Virus record (IMG/VR): IMGVR_UViG_3300046779_001188
Span: 3,492-67,491 of that record
Source: a virus
Lineage: Duplodnaviria; Caudoviricetes
Reading direction: 5' to 3' (one strand)
DNA: 64,000 nt
Shown: positions 1-9,886 of the stretch, piece after piece
Layout of the letters: each line of letters begins with the position of its first letter
Numbering within the stretch: position 1 is the stretch's first letter
Notes under the pieces: model-generated
What the model was told of the DNA's origin: nothing
Databases searched by the model: none
What the model saw: only the letters and a program-made list of their open reading frames with translations
Position numbers and translations under genes: made by a program

Positions 1-2
1 CC

Positions 3-98
3 AATGACGTAACAAAACCATTTGTACCAGCGACTGATTTTGATGCGGAAAGTCCGCTTCCATTTGGTCAAACACTAGACGCGCCACTCGGATACTAA
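3..98 (+). CDS. 3' end of a gene truncated by the window edge; probable tail assembly chaperone
   Basis: Open frame NDVTKPFVPATDFDAESPLPFGQTLDAPLGY* ends at TAA 96-98, immediately before the RBS of the tape measure gene. Function inferred from position only. Confidence 0.5.
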   Translation, partial: NDVTKPFVPATDFDAESPLPFGQTLDAPLGY

Positions 99-104
99 GG
101 AGGT
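99..104 (+). promoter_or_regulatory. Shine-Dalgarno site of the tape measure gene
   Basis: GGAGGT 6 nt upstream of ATG 111. Confidence 0.8.
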
Positions 105-110
105 GATGGC

Positions 111-3100
111 ATGGCAGTTGTAGGTGAAGCACACGTTATTGTTCGTGCCATTACCAACCGCGTTCGACCTGACATCCAAAAAGCTTTTGAAGGGCTTGAC
201 GGAGTTGGCGAAGCAGCGGGTAGAGATATATCCGACTCTTTCAATAGAGGACTTGCAAGTGGTAACAGTAGTCGTGGCGGTCTGTTTAGTGCTAAAACAG
301 AAAAAGATCTTGAAAAAGCTCGCGTAAGACTTCAACAACTAATTACAACTGGGTATTTTGCTGGAGCAGGGTTTACTGCCCTAGCTGCTGCTATTGGGGC
401 AGTAGGTGGTGGACTTCTTGCTCTTGGTGGTATAGCTGGTGCAGTTGCTATTGGTGGTCTTGTATCTCTAGGTGGGGCACTAACTGCAGTTGCTCAAGCA
501 GCCATCACTGCGAAACTAGCTTTCTCTGGTGTAGCAGAGGCTCTCAAAGCTGGGTTGAAGACACAGAAGGCTTCAGCAGCTAATACAGAAGCAATAGCAA
601 ACGCTCAACGTCGATTAGAAGACGCAAGAGTTAGGTTATTGCGACTTGAAAAAGAAGCTAAACCCGAACTCCTTATCAAACTAACAGAAGCTCAAGTAGC
701 TGCTCAACGAAGCCTTGCTGATTCTCAAATAGCCACTGAGCGTAGCGAGCGTGCATATCGAGATGCGCAAGATAAAACCCGTGCATCTATTGAAAAACTC
801 AATGAAGCGCGTGATGCTGCTCGTGAAAAGCTACAGCAACTAAAGTTTGAAACAGAAGGCGGAGCTATTGCTGAGAAGCGTGCTCGCCTTGAATTCGAAA
901 AGGCCCGCGAGTCTTTACAACGCGTTCAAGACCTTCCACCTAACTCTCGTGCCCGTAAAGAGGCAGAACTTGCATACGCTGAGGCTGACCTCAACATGCG
1001 TAAGGCAATTGACCGTAATAAAGACCTCAAGAAAGAAACTGCAACTGCAGTTGCTCTTGGAGTAAATGGTGCTAAAGATGTTGTAGCCGCTGAAAAGGCT
1101 AAGAGCGATGCTCAGCTGGATGAAATTGAAGTCGCTCAAGATTTAGCTAGAACTAAAATAGCTCAAGCTGACGCTGAAAGAGAGCTTGCAAAAGCTAAAG
1201 CTGAAGCAACAGATGACCCTAATGTATCTAAGGCTATCCGTGATATAGACCGTCAAATTGCTGAGGCAAGACGAGATGTTACAGATGCAACAAAAGATTT
1301 GAACAAGGCTCAGAAGGGGCCTGGTGCTGACGCTTTTGCGGACGCTATGGCTAACCTCTCACCAGAGGCTCAGAAGTTTGTAAAGTACTTGATGAGCATC
1401 CAAGGGGAGTTCAAAAAGCTCAAGGCTGCTGCTGGTAAAGAGCTTTTCCCTGCTCTTGAAACTGCAATTCAAAATCTTGTAGACAACCTATTTCCTAAAC
1501 TCATCCCGCTTCTTCAAGGAACTGGTGGAGTCATTGGTCAGATGGCTATCGACTTCTCCAACGCTGTGACTGAAGGCAATAGAGTCAAAACCCTTGAGTC
1601 CGTATGGAAAACTAACGATGAGCTTCTAGGAAAAGTTGGTAAAGCAGCAGGAAACTTCTATGGAGGTCTTCTAGATCTTCTTGACGCAGCTAAGCCTCTT
1701 ATTGATGGCTTTGGTGACTGGATACTCAAGCTTTCCGAGACTTTTGAAAAGACTATGGCGGCTAAGAAAGCCACTGGAGAACTACAAACTTTCTTTGAGA
1801 ACATCAAACGCGTCACTGGTGAATTAGGCACAGCGTTTAGTACAGCATTTAGTGTAATTGGCGACGTTATTGATAATGTGATTCAACCCGGTGGTGCAGG
1901 AGATATTTTTGCTACTTGGCTACAAGATGTCACTCAAGGTTGGAAAGATTTCACAAAGGGTGGAGGAGAGAACAATGGCCTCACTACACTACTCAATGGA
2001 GCAATAACTAACTTCACAAAGATTCTTGACATTATTGGTGTCATCATTGCTGACTTGGTAAAGCTAGGTGCTAGCCCAGAGTTTGGTATCTTCCTAGATA
2101 AGATAAAGATTGCCTTTGAAATCTTTGGTGATTTGGGAGATAGCCTAAAAACCACTCTTCCCATTGCTGGAGACCTAGCAATCAAGTTTGCAGAGTTTAC
2201 AAAACTACTTACAGACAGTGGCGCTATCGAAATGTTCTTAGGAACCCTAGATAAAATCTTTGGTGTTCTAAACGCTATTTTTGGTAACAGTATTGTTCAG
2301 AAAGTTCTTCTTTTTGTTGGAGGAATTTTTGCCGTAGTTAGAGCATTCACTCTTGTAGGTAAGGGTGCAAGCTTTGTCTTCAAAGGTATCTTAGGCTCAA
2401 TCCTAAATGTGCAAAAGAAATTTGGTGCACTAAAGAGATTTGTTACAGATCCATTTGGAAAGCTTCGCTCTGGTTCTGCTCTAGCTCGTACAGAGCTTCA
2501 GAAGCAGATGATTATCGACAAGCAGAAACAAATGGCTATGAAGGGCGTTCAGATATCTGCTGACCAAGCTGCCGCTGCAATTGGTCTTCGACTCCCAGCA
2601 GCTTCTGGTAAAGCAAGAGCTGCATTCCTAAAGGGAGGAGCTGCAGCTCAAGGTTTTGGAGTCAAAGCAAAGCTTGCTGGTGTTGCTTCTCGTATTGGAA
2701 GCATCGGTGTTCGTGCGTTTGGTAGCGCGATGAGCTTCCTTGGCGGACCTATTGGAATCATCTTGCTTCTTCTCCCTCTCATCATAGAGAACTGGGACAA
2801 GATTGTTGCGTTCTTCAAGGATCTAATCCCTAAGCTTGGCAAAATCTTCTCTGATATGTGGAGCGGTTTGACTAGCTTCCTAGGAGATGCATGGAAGAAC
2901 ATCTCTGGTTGGTTTACTAATACTTTTGTTCCAGGTTTGATTGACTTTGGTAAGAAGGCTCTGGAAGTTCTAGCATTTATTTTGTTCCCTCTGCCATCTC
3001 TTATTATCAAGTTCTGGCCTCAGATATCTGCATTCTTTACCGACACTGTGTTCCCTTGGTTCGCAGCATTGCCTGGAAAAATTGGTGACTTTGTTGCAGG

Positions 3101-3878
3101 AATCTGGGATTTCTTTGTCAAGGGTATAAAGATTGCTTGGGATTTTGTTGTTGGTTACTTCACAACAATCTTCAACTTCTACATGGGGCTACCAGCCAAG
3201 ATTCTAGGATTTGCTGGCAAGGTTTGGAACTTCCTCTCTGACGGTGTAAAGACCGCTTGGAGTGCTGTAACTGGTTGGTGGACTGGAACTGTTGTTCCTT
3301 GGTTTACTGGTCTTGCAGGCAAAGTTCTTGGCTTTGCAGGTAAAGTTTGGAACTTTATCTCTGACGGTCTAAAGACTGCATGGACTAACGCTACAAACTT
3401 CTTTACCAACACAATCCCTACATACCTAAAGAGTCTTCCTACTAAGTTTGCAAATGCTCTCAAGGGGCTTTGGGATGGGCTATCTGGTGGTCTTGCTGCA
3501 GCATGGGCTGCTGCTAAATTATGGTGGAACAACAACGTTGCAAGCAAGAAGCTAACTATTGGTGGCTTCAAAGTTCTTGGCGTTCAAATCCCAAAGATTG
3601 AACTTGGATTCCCACGTCTTGCTAAGGGTGGAATTATCCCTGCAACTGCTGGTGGAACTATGGCTCTTATTGGTGAAGCTGGTCGTGCAGAACGCGTTGA
3701 GCCTCTTGATGCAAATGGTCTATCAAAGCGTGACAAGGCAATGATTGATTATATGAGCGGTGGAGCTGGTGGCGGAATTACGATCGTTGTAAACCCATCT
3801 GCTGGTATGGATGAACGTGAACTTGCAGATATGGTATCTCGTAAGCTCGCTCAACAGCTACGAAAGGGAGCCGCATAA
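111..3878 (+). CDS. Tail tape measure protein (1255 aa)
   Basis: Long Ala/Leu-rich helical protein with a coiled-coil segment, hydrophobic stretches, W/F-periodic repeats (e.g. FAGKVWNF) and a C-terminal IGEAG..E.V.PL motif. Followed by Dit- and hub-like genes. Confidence 0.92.
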   Translation: MAVVGEAHVIVRAITNRVRPDIQKAFEGLDGVGEAAGRDISDSFNRGLASGNSSRGGLFSAKTEKDLEKARVRLQQLITTGYFAGAGFTALAAAIGAVGGGLLALGGIAGAVAIGGLVSLGGALTAVAQAAITAKLAFSGVAEALKAGLKTQKASAANTEAIANAQRRLEDARVRLLRLEKEAKPELLIKLTEAQVAAQRSLADSQIATERSERAYRDAQDKTRASIEKLNEARDAAREKLQQLKFETEGGAIAEKRARLEFEKARESLQRVQDLPPNSRARKEAELAYAEADLNMRKAIDRNKDLKKETATAVALGVNGAKDVVAAEKAKSDAQLDEIEVAQDLARTKIAQADAERELAKAKAEATDDPNVSKAIRDIDRQIAEARRDVTDATKDLNKAQKGPGADAFADAMANLSPEAQKFVKYLMSIQGEFKKLKAAAGKELFPALETAIQNLVDNLFPKLIPLLQGTGGVIGQMAIDFSNAVTEGNRVKTLESVWKTNDELLGKVGKAAGNFYGGLLDLLDAAKPLIDGFGDWILKLSETFEKTMAAKKATGELQTFFENIKRVTGELGTAFSTAFSVIGDVIDNVIQPGGAGDIFATWLQDVTQGWKDFTKGGGENNGLTTLLNGAITNFTKILDIIGVIIADLVKLGASPEFGIFLDKIKIAFEIFGDLGDSLKTTLPIAGDLAIKFAEFTKLLTDSGAIEMFLGTLDKIFGVLNAIFGNSIVQKVLLFVGGIFAVVRAFTLVGKGASFVFKGILGSILNVQKKFGALKRFVTDPFGKLRSGSALARTELQKQMIIDKQKQMAMKGVQISADQAAAAIGLRLPAASGKARAAFLKGGAAAQGFGVKAKLAGVASRIGSIGVRAFGSAMSFLGGPIGIILLLLPLIIENWDKIVAFFKDLIPKLGKIFSDMWSGLTSFLGDAWKNISGWFTNTFVPGLIDFGKKALEVLAFILFPLPSLIIKFWPQISAFFTDTVFPWFAALPGKIGDFVAGIWDFFVKGIKIAWDFVVGYFTTIFNFYMGLPAKILGFAGKVWNFLSDGVKTAWSAVTGWWTGTVVPWFTGLAGKVLGFAGKVWNFISDGLKTAWTNATNFFTNTIPTYLKSLPTKFANALKGLWDGLSGGLAAAWAAAKLWWNNNVASKKLTIGGFKVLGVQIPKIELGFPRLAKGGIIPATAGGTMALIGEAGRAERVEPLDANGLSKRDKAMIDYMSGGAGGGITIVVNPSAGMDERELADMVSRKLAQQLRKGAA

Positions 3879-6217
3879 TGACACAGGCTCAAGAGAATTA
3901 CTACGTCGATAGAGGTCTGACTCCCCTACAGCCAGACCAAATTGAAAAACTAAAATTACAAGGCAACATCATCCTTGGAGATTTTATTTTCAATACCGTA
4001 GATGACTACGGAGTTGTTTGGGTAGTTACAGACATTCAAGGATGGTGGCGACCACCTTCAGCCGAGATGCCTAACATTCAACGTGGTTTTGGCGATGGTT
4101 CTTATGATGTTCAAGGACGATATGCTGCCCGTGAACTAACCATCAATGGAACATTCCTGACTCAAAATCCTGCTCAAGTCGAGGCAGCTCGTGATCGCCT
4201 TATTGCTGCAACTAACCTTGTCTATACAGGTGCATGGCTAAAAACTGGTAACGACCCTATTCGTGCATCATATGTTCGACTCAGCGGTGATGTGGAGATT
4301 CAAACCACTAATGCCCGTGGTCGCACAGAGTTCTCTATTGGTCTTCGCGCAGCTGATCCAATCAAGTATGCGTGGAATGATGCAAGCCCAAGCGGGTATG
4401 AGACTTTAGAAGTTCCAGTTAGAAATATCTCAGCTGGATATGATGGAACTGGATATATAACAAACATCGGTAACTATCCTGTTCCATGTATTTTAGAAAT
4501 CACGGGGCCACTAACATCTCCAGCGACTATCTACAATCGCACAACCGATGAACTTATTCTTATCCCAACTGGTCAGGCTCTGAAAGGTGGAGTGACTCGA
4601 TCAGTTACCAACAAACAGCTTGCATATGACACAGCTAAAGGCTACGACATTGCAACTCTTACTACAGCGGTTGCTCACGGGTTTAGCGTAGATGAGAGCG
4701 TATTTATTTCTGGAGTTGGTGAAGGATTTGACGGAGAACAGATAATCCTAACTGTACCGACTGACACTACCTTTACCTTTGCTACAGACCTATCAGTTGT
4801 ACGAAATGTTTCATTCAAGAGTCTTACTAGTGGTGTTGCTACTATCGAAACAACAGCTCCTCATACCTTCACCACAGGTCAATCAATTACTGTCAACGGG
4901 GTAGATTCTGTTTTTGATGGCACCCACGTTGTACTAGCTACACCTACAGAGTCCAGCTTCACTTTCGCTAAGACTCGCGTACCTCCACAGACCGTAGTTG
5001 GTAAGGTAATTATCTCTAACATTGCTACTTTGACAACTGCTAATGACCACCAATTTATTGTTGGGGATTCAGTAACAGTTTCTGGTGTCGATGTGAATTT
5101 CAATGGCACCTATACAATTACAGCAATTCCATCTTCTAAAGAGTTTAGCTATGCTGCAACTCGAACTAACGCACGTTCCATCGTGCAAAAGGTTATAGGC
5201 GGCGAGTACATCACATTCGTCACCTCGCTAGACCACGGTTTTAGTTTTGGAGAAGCAGTCAATGTTTCAGGAGTAGATCAGACAGTAGATGGAAGCTACA
5301 CCATCTATTCAATTCTTACTCCTCGAGATTTCACTGTAAAGAAGACAAGAGCTACAGAGAAAACCGTTGCGGTGAAATCTAAAACTAGCAATGTTGCAAC
5401 TCTTACTACGGCTGATGCTCATGGTTTCTTAGTTGGTGAAAAAGTTAGAGTTAGTGGCGTGGACTCTTCTCAATTCGATGGAGATTTTACTATTACTGCA
5501 GTGCCTTCTAGTACAAGCTTTTCCTACACAAAATCTGGTTCAAATGTTATTGCAACATCGGTAACAGACCCATCTCCTAAAGTTAGATCAATTAGCCGTA
5601 AAATCAAAGCAAGCCAGCTTGTTTCTAACATTGCGACAATTACCACAGTTGGACCTCACGGTATGGTTATTGACGAGTCAATTACTGTAAGTGGGCTTAG
5701 TGCGGCACTAAACGGTACATATACAGTTCTAAGTACTCCTTCTACAAATACTTTTACCTATGCAAAAACTGCAACTAACGAAGCATATGCAGAGGTACCT
5801 ACAGATGCATTTGTCGAGTTCCTAGGTTCAAGTGCTCAACTAGCTGTTGTTCCTGACGGAATTGCTACTGTTGCTGGAAGTATTTCATTTACTGGCTCAT
5901 CTGGAACTGCTAGCGTCGCCGAGGATATTGTTCGCGTATTTTCCGCTGGTAAAGCTGTAAAAAAGAACGATATTCAATTTACTCCAGGTCTTAGTGGGGC
6001 TACTGCAGTTCTTCAAGCTGATGTTCTAGAAATCGACACGAAGAACAGAGAAGTAGCGTTCAACGGTGTAGTCGAGGGTGCTCGTAATAGAGTGGATGTG
6101 TTGGTGGACTTTATTCAACTTGCTCCAGGCACAAATCAACTTGAGTTTGTAGATGAGGGTAATTCTGAAGGGGCTGCTACGCTACGAGTTCTCTATCGTT
6201 CTGGCTGGCTCGGATAG
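3878..6217 (+). CDS. Distal tail (Dit)-like protein with six inserted repeats (779 aa)
   Basis: Directly after the TMP with TAATG overlap. Actinophage Dit-like N-terminus (FNTVDDYGVVWVVTDIQGWW...YAARELTING) and C-terminus (IDTKNREV..NG...L.PG.N.L.F). Central ATLTT..HGF..G..V.VSGV repeats. Confidence 0.8.
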   Translation: MTQAQENYYVDRGLTPLQPDQIEKLKLQGNIILGDFIFNTVDDYGVVWVVTDIQGWWRPPSAEMPNIQRGFGDGSYDVQGRYAARELTINGTFLTQNPAQVEAARDRLIAATNLVYTGAWLKTGNDPIRASYVRLSGDVEIQTTNARGRTEFSIGLRAADPIKYAWNDASPSGYETLEVPVRNISAGYDGTGYITNIGNYPVPCILEITGPLTSPATIYNRTTDELILIPTGQALKGGVTRSVTNKQLAYDTAKGYDIATLTTAVAHGFSVDESVFISGVGEGFDGEQIILTVPTDTTFTFATDLSVVRNVSFKSLTSGVATIETTAPHTFTTGQSITVNGVDSVFDGTHVVLATPTESSFTFAKTRVPPQTVVGKVIISNIATLTTANDHQFIVGDSVTVSGVDVNFNGTYTITAIPSSKEFSYAATRTNARSIVQKVIGGEYITFVTSLDHGFSFGEAVNVSGVDQTVDGSYTIYSILTPRDFTVKKTRATEKTVAVKSKTSNVATLTTADAHGFLVGEKVRVSGVDSSQFDGDFTITAVPSSTSFSYTKSGSNVIATSVTDPSPKVRSISRKIKASQLVSNIATITTVGPHGMVIDESITVSGLSAALNGTYTVLSTPSTNTFTYAKTATNEAYAEVPTDAFVEFLGSSAQLAVVPDGIATVAGSISFTGSSGTASVAEDIVRVFSAGKAVKKNDIQFTPGLSGATAVLQADVLEIDTKNREVAFNGVVEGARNRVDVLVDFIQLAPGTNQLEFVDEGNSEGAATLRVLYRSGWLG

Positions 6218-6234
6218 TAAAGGCATAAAGAAAA

Positions 6235-8247
6235 ATGACACTACAGACAAGCGTCGAATACCGATACTTCCTAACGGATCTTCTCAGTAATACTGTTATT
6301 GCCGAGGTGCCTTTCAAAGGTGTCTCCTTTGAACGAGCTAACAAAAAAGCTGGTAGCTTTAGCGGAAATATTCCATTTATCCCTGACACCAAAGCTCTAG
6401 ACCTATATAACGCAACTATGCCAGGTCGTACAGGGCTGTACGTCCTTCGTGACGGCGTTTGTGTGTGGGGAGGAATGATTTGGGGGCGTCAGTACAGCGT
6501 CTCAGACAAGAACCTTTCTGTAGACGCAGCTGAGTTTACAAGCTACTTCTATCACCGTCATATCTGGCAGACAATTGTCTACGGTTCTGGATACATCGGT
6601 GTGAGTGCATACTCTGTCTCTAATGGAACAGCCACTGTTACCACAGAAGAGCCTCATGGTTTTTCTGAGGGTCAGAAGGTAAAAATCACAACTGTAAGTC
6701 CGTTGGTTGATGGCAATCAGACGATTACAAACATACCTACAGCCACTCAGTTGCAGTTCGCAACAACTTCAGCAAATGGTTCTGGTCAGAGCACTGCTGG
6801 CGCGTTGCGACTCCTTGCAGATACCTTCGATGTGGCTAGAGATTTGGTTTATAGAATTGCAAGTGACCTTGGTGGGCTTGCCTTTGCTAATGATGCAATT
6901 CGTCCTGGTAAAGACTTTGACTTCTCTGTAATTTCTAGACAACGATCCCTCAACATTGCCACTCTAACCACGGCAGAACCTCATGACCTTATTCCAGGTC
7001 AAGAAATTGATGTTCTAGAAGTTGGAGTTGGATTCAATGGAAACTTCTTTGTAACAGAAGTCCCTACACCAACTACCTTCAAGTATTACTCTCCAGGTGT
7101 AGACGTAGCTCCTACTGCTCTTTCTGGAATTAGAACGCTCAACGTTACTGCAAAAGAGATGTTGAATGGATATGCAACTTTGACTCTAGATGCTGCGCAT
7201 GGGGCAACTGTTGGTCAGACCGTACTTGTTAGTGGAGTTGATGGATTCTTTACTGGAATCTTAGATACAACCTTCAATGGCAGATTTACTATTACAGAAA
7301 TTCCAGCAACTAATAAGATCAAGTTTTTCACGGGGGCAATTCTCAACCAAGACTTTACTACCGTTTCTGGTGGACTTGCTACCTTAGGTAGCAAAGTTAT
7401 TTATGGAGACTTTGGAAGCTACCTTGCTAATTCAGACTTGGGCTTTGATTTCGAGTCAGAAGATAAAAGTGGAGTCTACAGAGACACCCTCACCCTTCGT
7501 GGATTTGAGCAGAAGTCAGTGGGAGAAATCCTTGAAGAGTTCTCAAACTCAACCAACGGCCCATTTGACTATCGAATCGACTGTGACTATGACTTTGATA
7601 CAGCATCTTTTACTAGAACATTTAGATTATTCCCAATCAACCCAGAAAATAAGCCAGCCCTAGGTGAGACATTCAATCCATCTGATTTTGGTGCTGACAA
7701 GCTTGTCTTCGAATATCCAGGAAATATAACAACTTTCAATGTCGAAGAATCAGCTGAAGAAGCAGCAACTCGCTTCTTTGTTGTAGGTCGTATCTCTGAT
7801 CTCAATGATGAGGCAAGTCAGCCTTACTCTGGTGCTGCATCTCCAACATTCCTAAATAACCAAACTGGACGCAGTTGGCCTCTTCTAGATCAAGTAGAAC
7901 AATTAGACCAAGCAGTCCCTGAGTATCAGGCTCAGGATGAAGACACCCTGTGGAACTATGCAACTGACTATCTATACGAGTCACTACCTCCAATTGGTAC
8001 ATACAGCATTCAAGTAAATGGGGCTATCGCTCCACTTGTAGGTTCTTACTATCCAGGTGACTGGTGCACACTCATTATTGATGATGAGTTTGTTCGTCAG
8101 CGTTTGGCTAATGACCAAGAGCCTCGTGATGACATTTTGATGCGTCGTATTAGTTCATACAAGGTGAATGTCCCAGACGCTCCTACATTCCCAGAGACAG
8201 TAGATTTGACCCTAGTGACAGATTGGAAGGCAAGAAAACGTGGCTAG
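6235..8247 (+). CDS. Baseplate hub / minor tail protein with three inserted repeats (670 aa)
   Basis: Follows Dit. N-terminus YRYFLTDLLSNTVIAEVPF.GVSF.R...GSFSG and C-terminal Y.PGDW.TLIIDD resemble actinophage hub proteins. Confidence 0.75.
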   Translation: MTLQTSVEYRYFLTDLLSNTVIAEVPFKGVSFERANKKAGSFSGNIPFIPDTKALDLYNATMPGRTGLYVLRDGVCVWGGMIWGRQYSVSDKNLSVDAAEFTSYFYHRHIWQTIVYGSGYIGVSAYSVSNGTATVTTEEPHGFSEGQKVKITTVSPLVDGNQTITNIPTATQLQFATTSANGSGQSTAGALRLLADTFDVARDLVYRIASDLGGLAFANDAIRPGKDFDFSVISRQRSLNIATLTTAEPHDLIPGQEIDVLEVGVGFNGNFFVTEVPTPTTFKYYSPGVDVAPTALSGIRTLNVTAKEMLNGYATLTLDAAHGATVGQTVLVSGVDGFFTGILDTTFNGRFTITEIPATNKIKFFTGAILNQDFTTVSGGLATLGSKVIYGDFGSYLANSDLGFDFESEDKSGVYRDTLTLRGFEQKSVGEILEEFSNSTNGPFDYRIDCDYDFDTASFTRTFRLFPINPENKPALGETFNPSDFGADKLVFEYPGNITTFNVEESAEEAATRFFVVGRISDLNDEASQPYSGAASPTFLNNQTGRSWPLLDQVEQLDQAVPEYQAQDEDTLWNYATDYLYESLPPIGTYSIQVNGAIAPLVGSYYPGDWCTLIIDDEFVRQRLANDQEPRDDILMRRISSYKVNVPDAPTFPETVDLTLVTDWKARKRG

Positions 8248-9886
8248 CAGAAGAAGAACTCGTCAGTCGAGTATTACAGGCAACATCTCTGATGTTCAAC
8301 GTCGTCTCAAGTACCTTGAGGCACGTCCAGCCCCATCAAAGCTTGGTAACTACTCTGTAAAGCCGTCTAACCTCGAGCCTCGTGCTGTTGGTACAGACCA
8401 GCTAGGTATTGGTGTTGTGGTTCAAGCAACCGTAGGTACTGATGCTATCGGCAATGATGAGCTAGGTATCGATGCTGTTGATTCAGAGAACATTCGAGAG
8501 AACTCAGTTGGGACCTCGGAGCTTGGAACTGATGCTGTCTACTCAGAAAACATTCTGCAAGATGCTGTCGGTTCTTCTGAGATTGCTAGTGATGCCGTAA
8601 ATAGTGCAGAAATATATCAAGATGCAGTTGGAAGCTCCGAGCTCGGACTTGATGCCGCATCAGCTGAGAACATCATTGTTGATGGAGTTGGTGCATCAGA
8701 AATTGGTAGCGATGCTGTCAATAGTTCTGAAATCTACCAAGATGCAGTTGGTGCTTCTGAATTAGGACTTGATGCCGCATCAGCTGAGAACATCATTGTT
8801 GATGGAGTTGGTGCATCAGAAATTGGTAGCGATGCTGTCAATAGTTCTGAAATCTATTTTGATGCAGTGGGAAACTCCGAGCTAGGTCCTGATGCTGCAA
8901 CAGCAGAAAACATTGATTTAGATGCTGTTGGAGCTTCAGAGCTAGCTCCAGATTCGGTAGATGCTCACAATATCATTGCTGGTGCGGTGACTGGTGGGTA
9001 TGGTAATGCCATTGCTGATGACACAATTCAATCAAATAATATTGGGGAAGATCAGGTTTATTACTTCCATATCCCAGCAAACGGTATTGGTGGTTCATAC
9101 GACCCTGTGAAAAACAACATCACTTCACAGAGTATCGGTGGGGATGACATAAAAAACCGAGGTATTCCAAATACAAAAATCGAGCTTCAAGGTCTTACTG
9201 CTGCTGAAATTGCACCTGATGCTATCGGAACATCCGAGCTTTCAAACAATGCGGTAAATACAGCAAACATTGTTGATGGTGCTGTCACCTCACTAAAAAC
9301 AGATGGTGGCTTCCTTCGTGCACTTGGAAGTTCTAGTCCTATCTATGTAACTAGAACTGGAACAACTGCTCTTGTTGGTATCAACTTAGGAACCCAATCC
9401 AACCAAGCAGCTAGAGGTGACCACACCCACACTGGTGGAACCACTACAGTGCCTGCCCACACCCACAGCTTTACTGGTTCATCTAGAACGACTGGTGGAG
9501 CTGCACCTAACAGCCACACCCACAGCTTTACTGCTGCTGGTTCTGTTGGTGGTGTTCAAACCTCTTCACGAAAACTCAAGAGGGAAATTACTCAGTACGA
9601 GTTTGATGCTAAAAAGCTTTTGAATCTTCAACTCACTCAATTCAAATACAAAAATGCAGTTCGTGAGATTCAAGATGTCCACAACCGAGAGTGGATGTAT
9701 GGATACATTGCTGAGGATGTCTTAGCAGCTGGCGTAGAAGAAATTCTTGTCTATGACAAGAACAAAGAACCAATCGCCCTAAACTATGGAATTCTTTCGA
9801 CACTCGTTATCGAACTCCTAAAAACCCAACAGTCTGAGATAGACTCTCTCAAAGAAGAAGTGCAGCGACTAAAGGATGACAAATGA
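8240..9886 (+). CDS. Tail fibre/spike with decapeptide repeats and C-terminal intramolecular chaperone (peptidase S74-like) (548 aa)
   Basis: DAV.S(S/E)EI repeats and three HTH tripeptide motifs. C-terminal TSSRKLKREI...FKYK...GYIAEDV...LNY..L...LK.QQ.EI..L fits the S74 autocleaving chaperone pattern. Confidence 0.8.
   Translation: MASRRRTRQSSITGNISDVQRRLKYLEARPAPSKLGNYSVKPSNLEPRAVGTDQLGIGVVVQATVGTDAIGNDELGIDAVDSENIRENSVGTSELGTDAVYSENILQDAVGSSEIASDAVNSAEIYQDAVGSSELGLDAASAENIIVDGVGASEIGSDAVNSSEIYQDAVGASELGLDAASAENIIVDGVGASEIGSDAVNSSEIYFDAVGNSELGPDAATAENIDLDAVGASELAPDSVDAHNIIAGAVTGGYGNAIADDTIQSNNIGEDQVYYFHIPANGIGGSYDPVKNNITSQSIGGDDIKNRGIPNTKIELQGLTAAEIAPDAIGTSELSNNAVNTANIVDGAVTSLKTDGGFLRALGSSSPIYVTRTGTTALVGINLGTQSNQAARGDHTHTGGTTTVPAHTHSFTGSSRTTGGAAPNSHTHSFTAAGSVGGVQTSSRKLKREITQYEFDAKKLLNLQLTQFKYKNAVREIQDVHNREWMYGYIAEDVLAAGVEEILVYDKNKEPIALNYGILSTLVIELLKTQQSEIDSLKEEVQRLKDDK
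8645..8856 (+). repeat. Exact 92-bp direct repeat (8645-8736 and 8765-8856), period 120 bp
   Basis: GGACTTGATGCCGCATCAGCTGAGAAC...GTTCTGAAATCTA occurs twice identically, in frame (40-aa unit). Confidence 0.9.
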
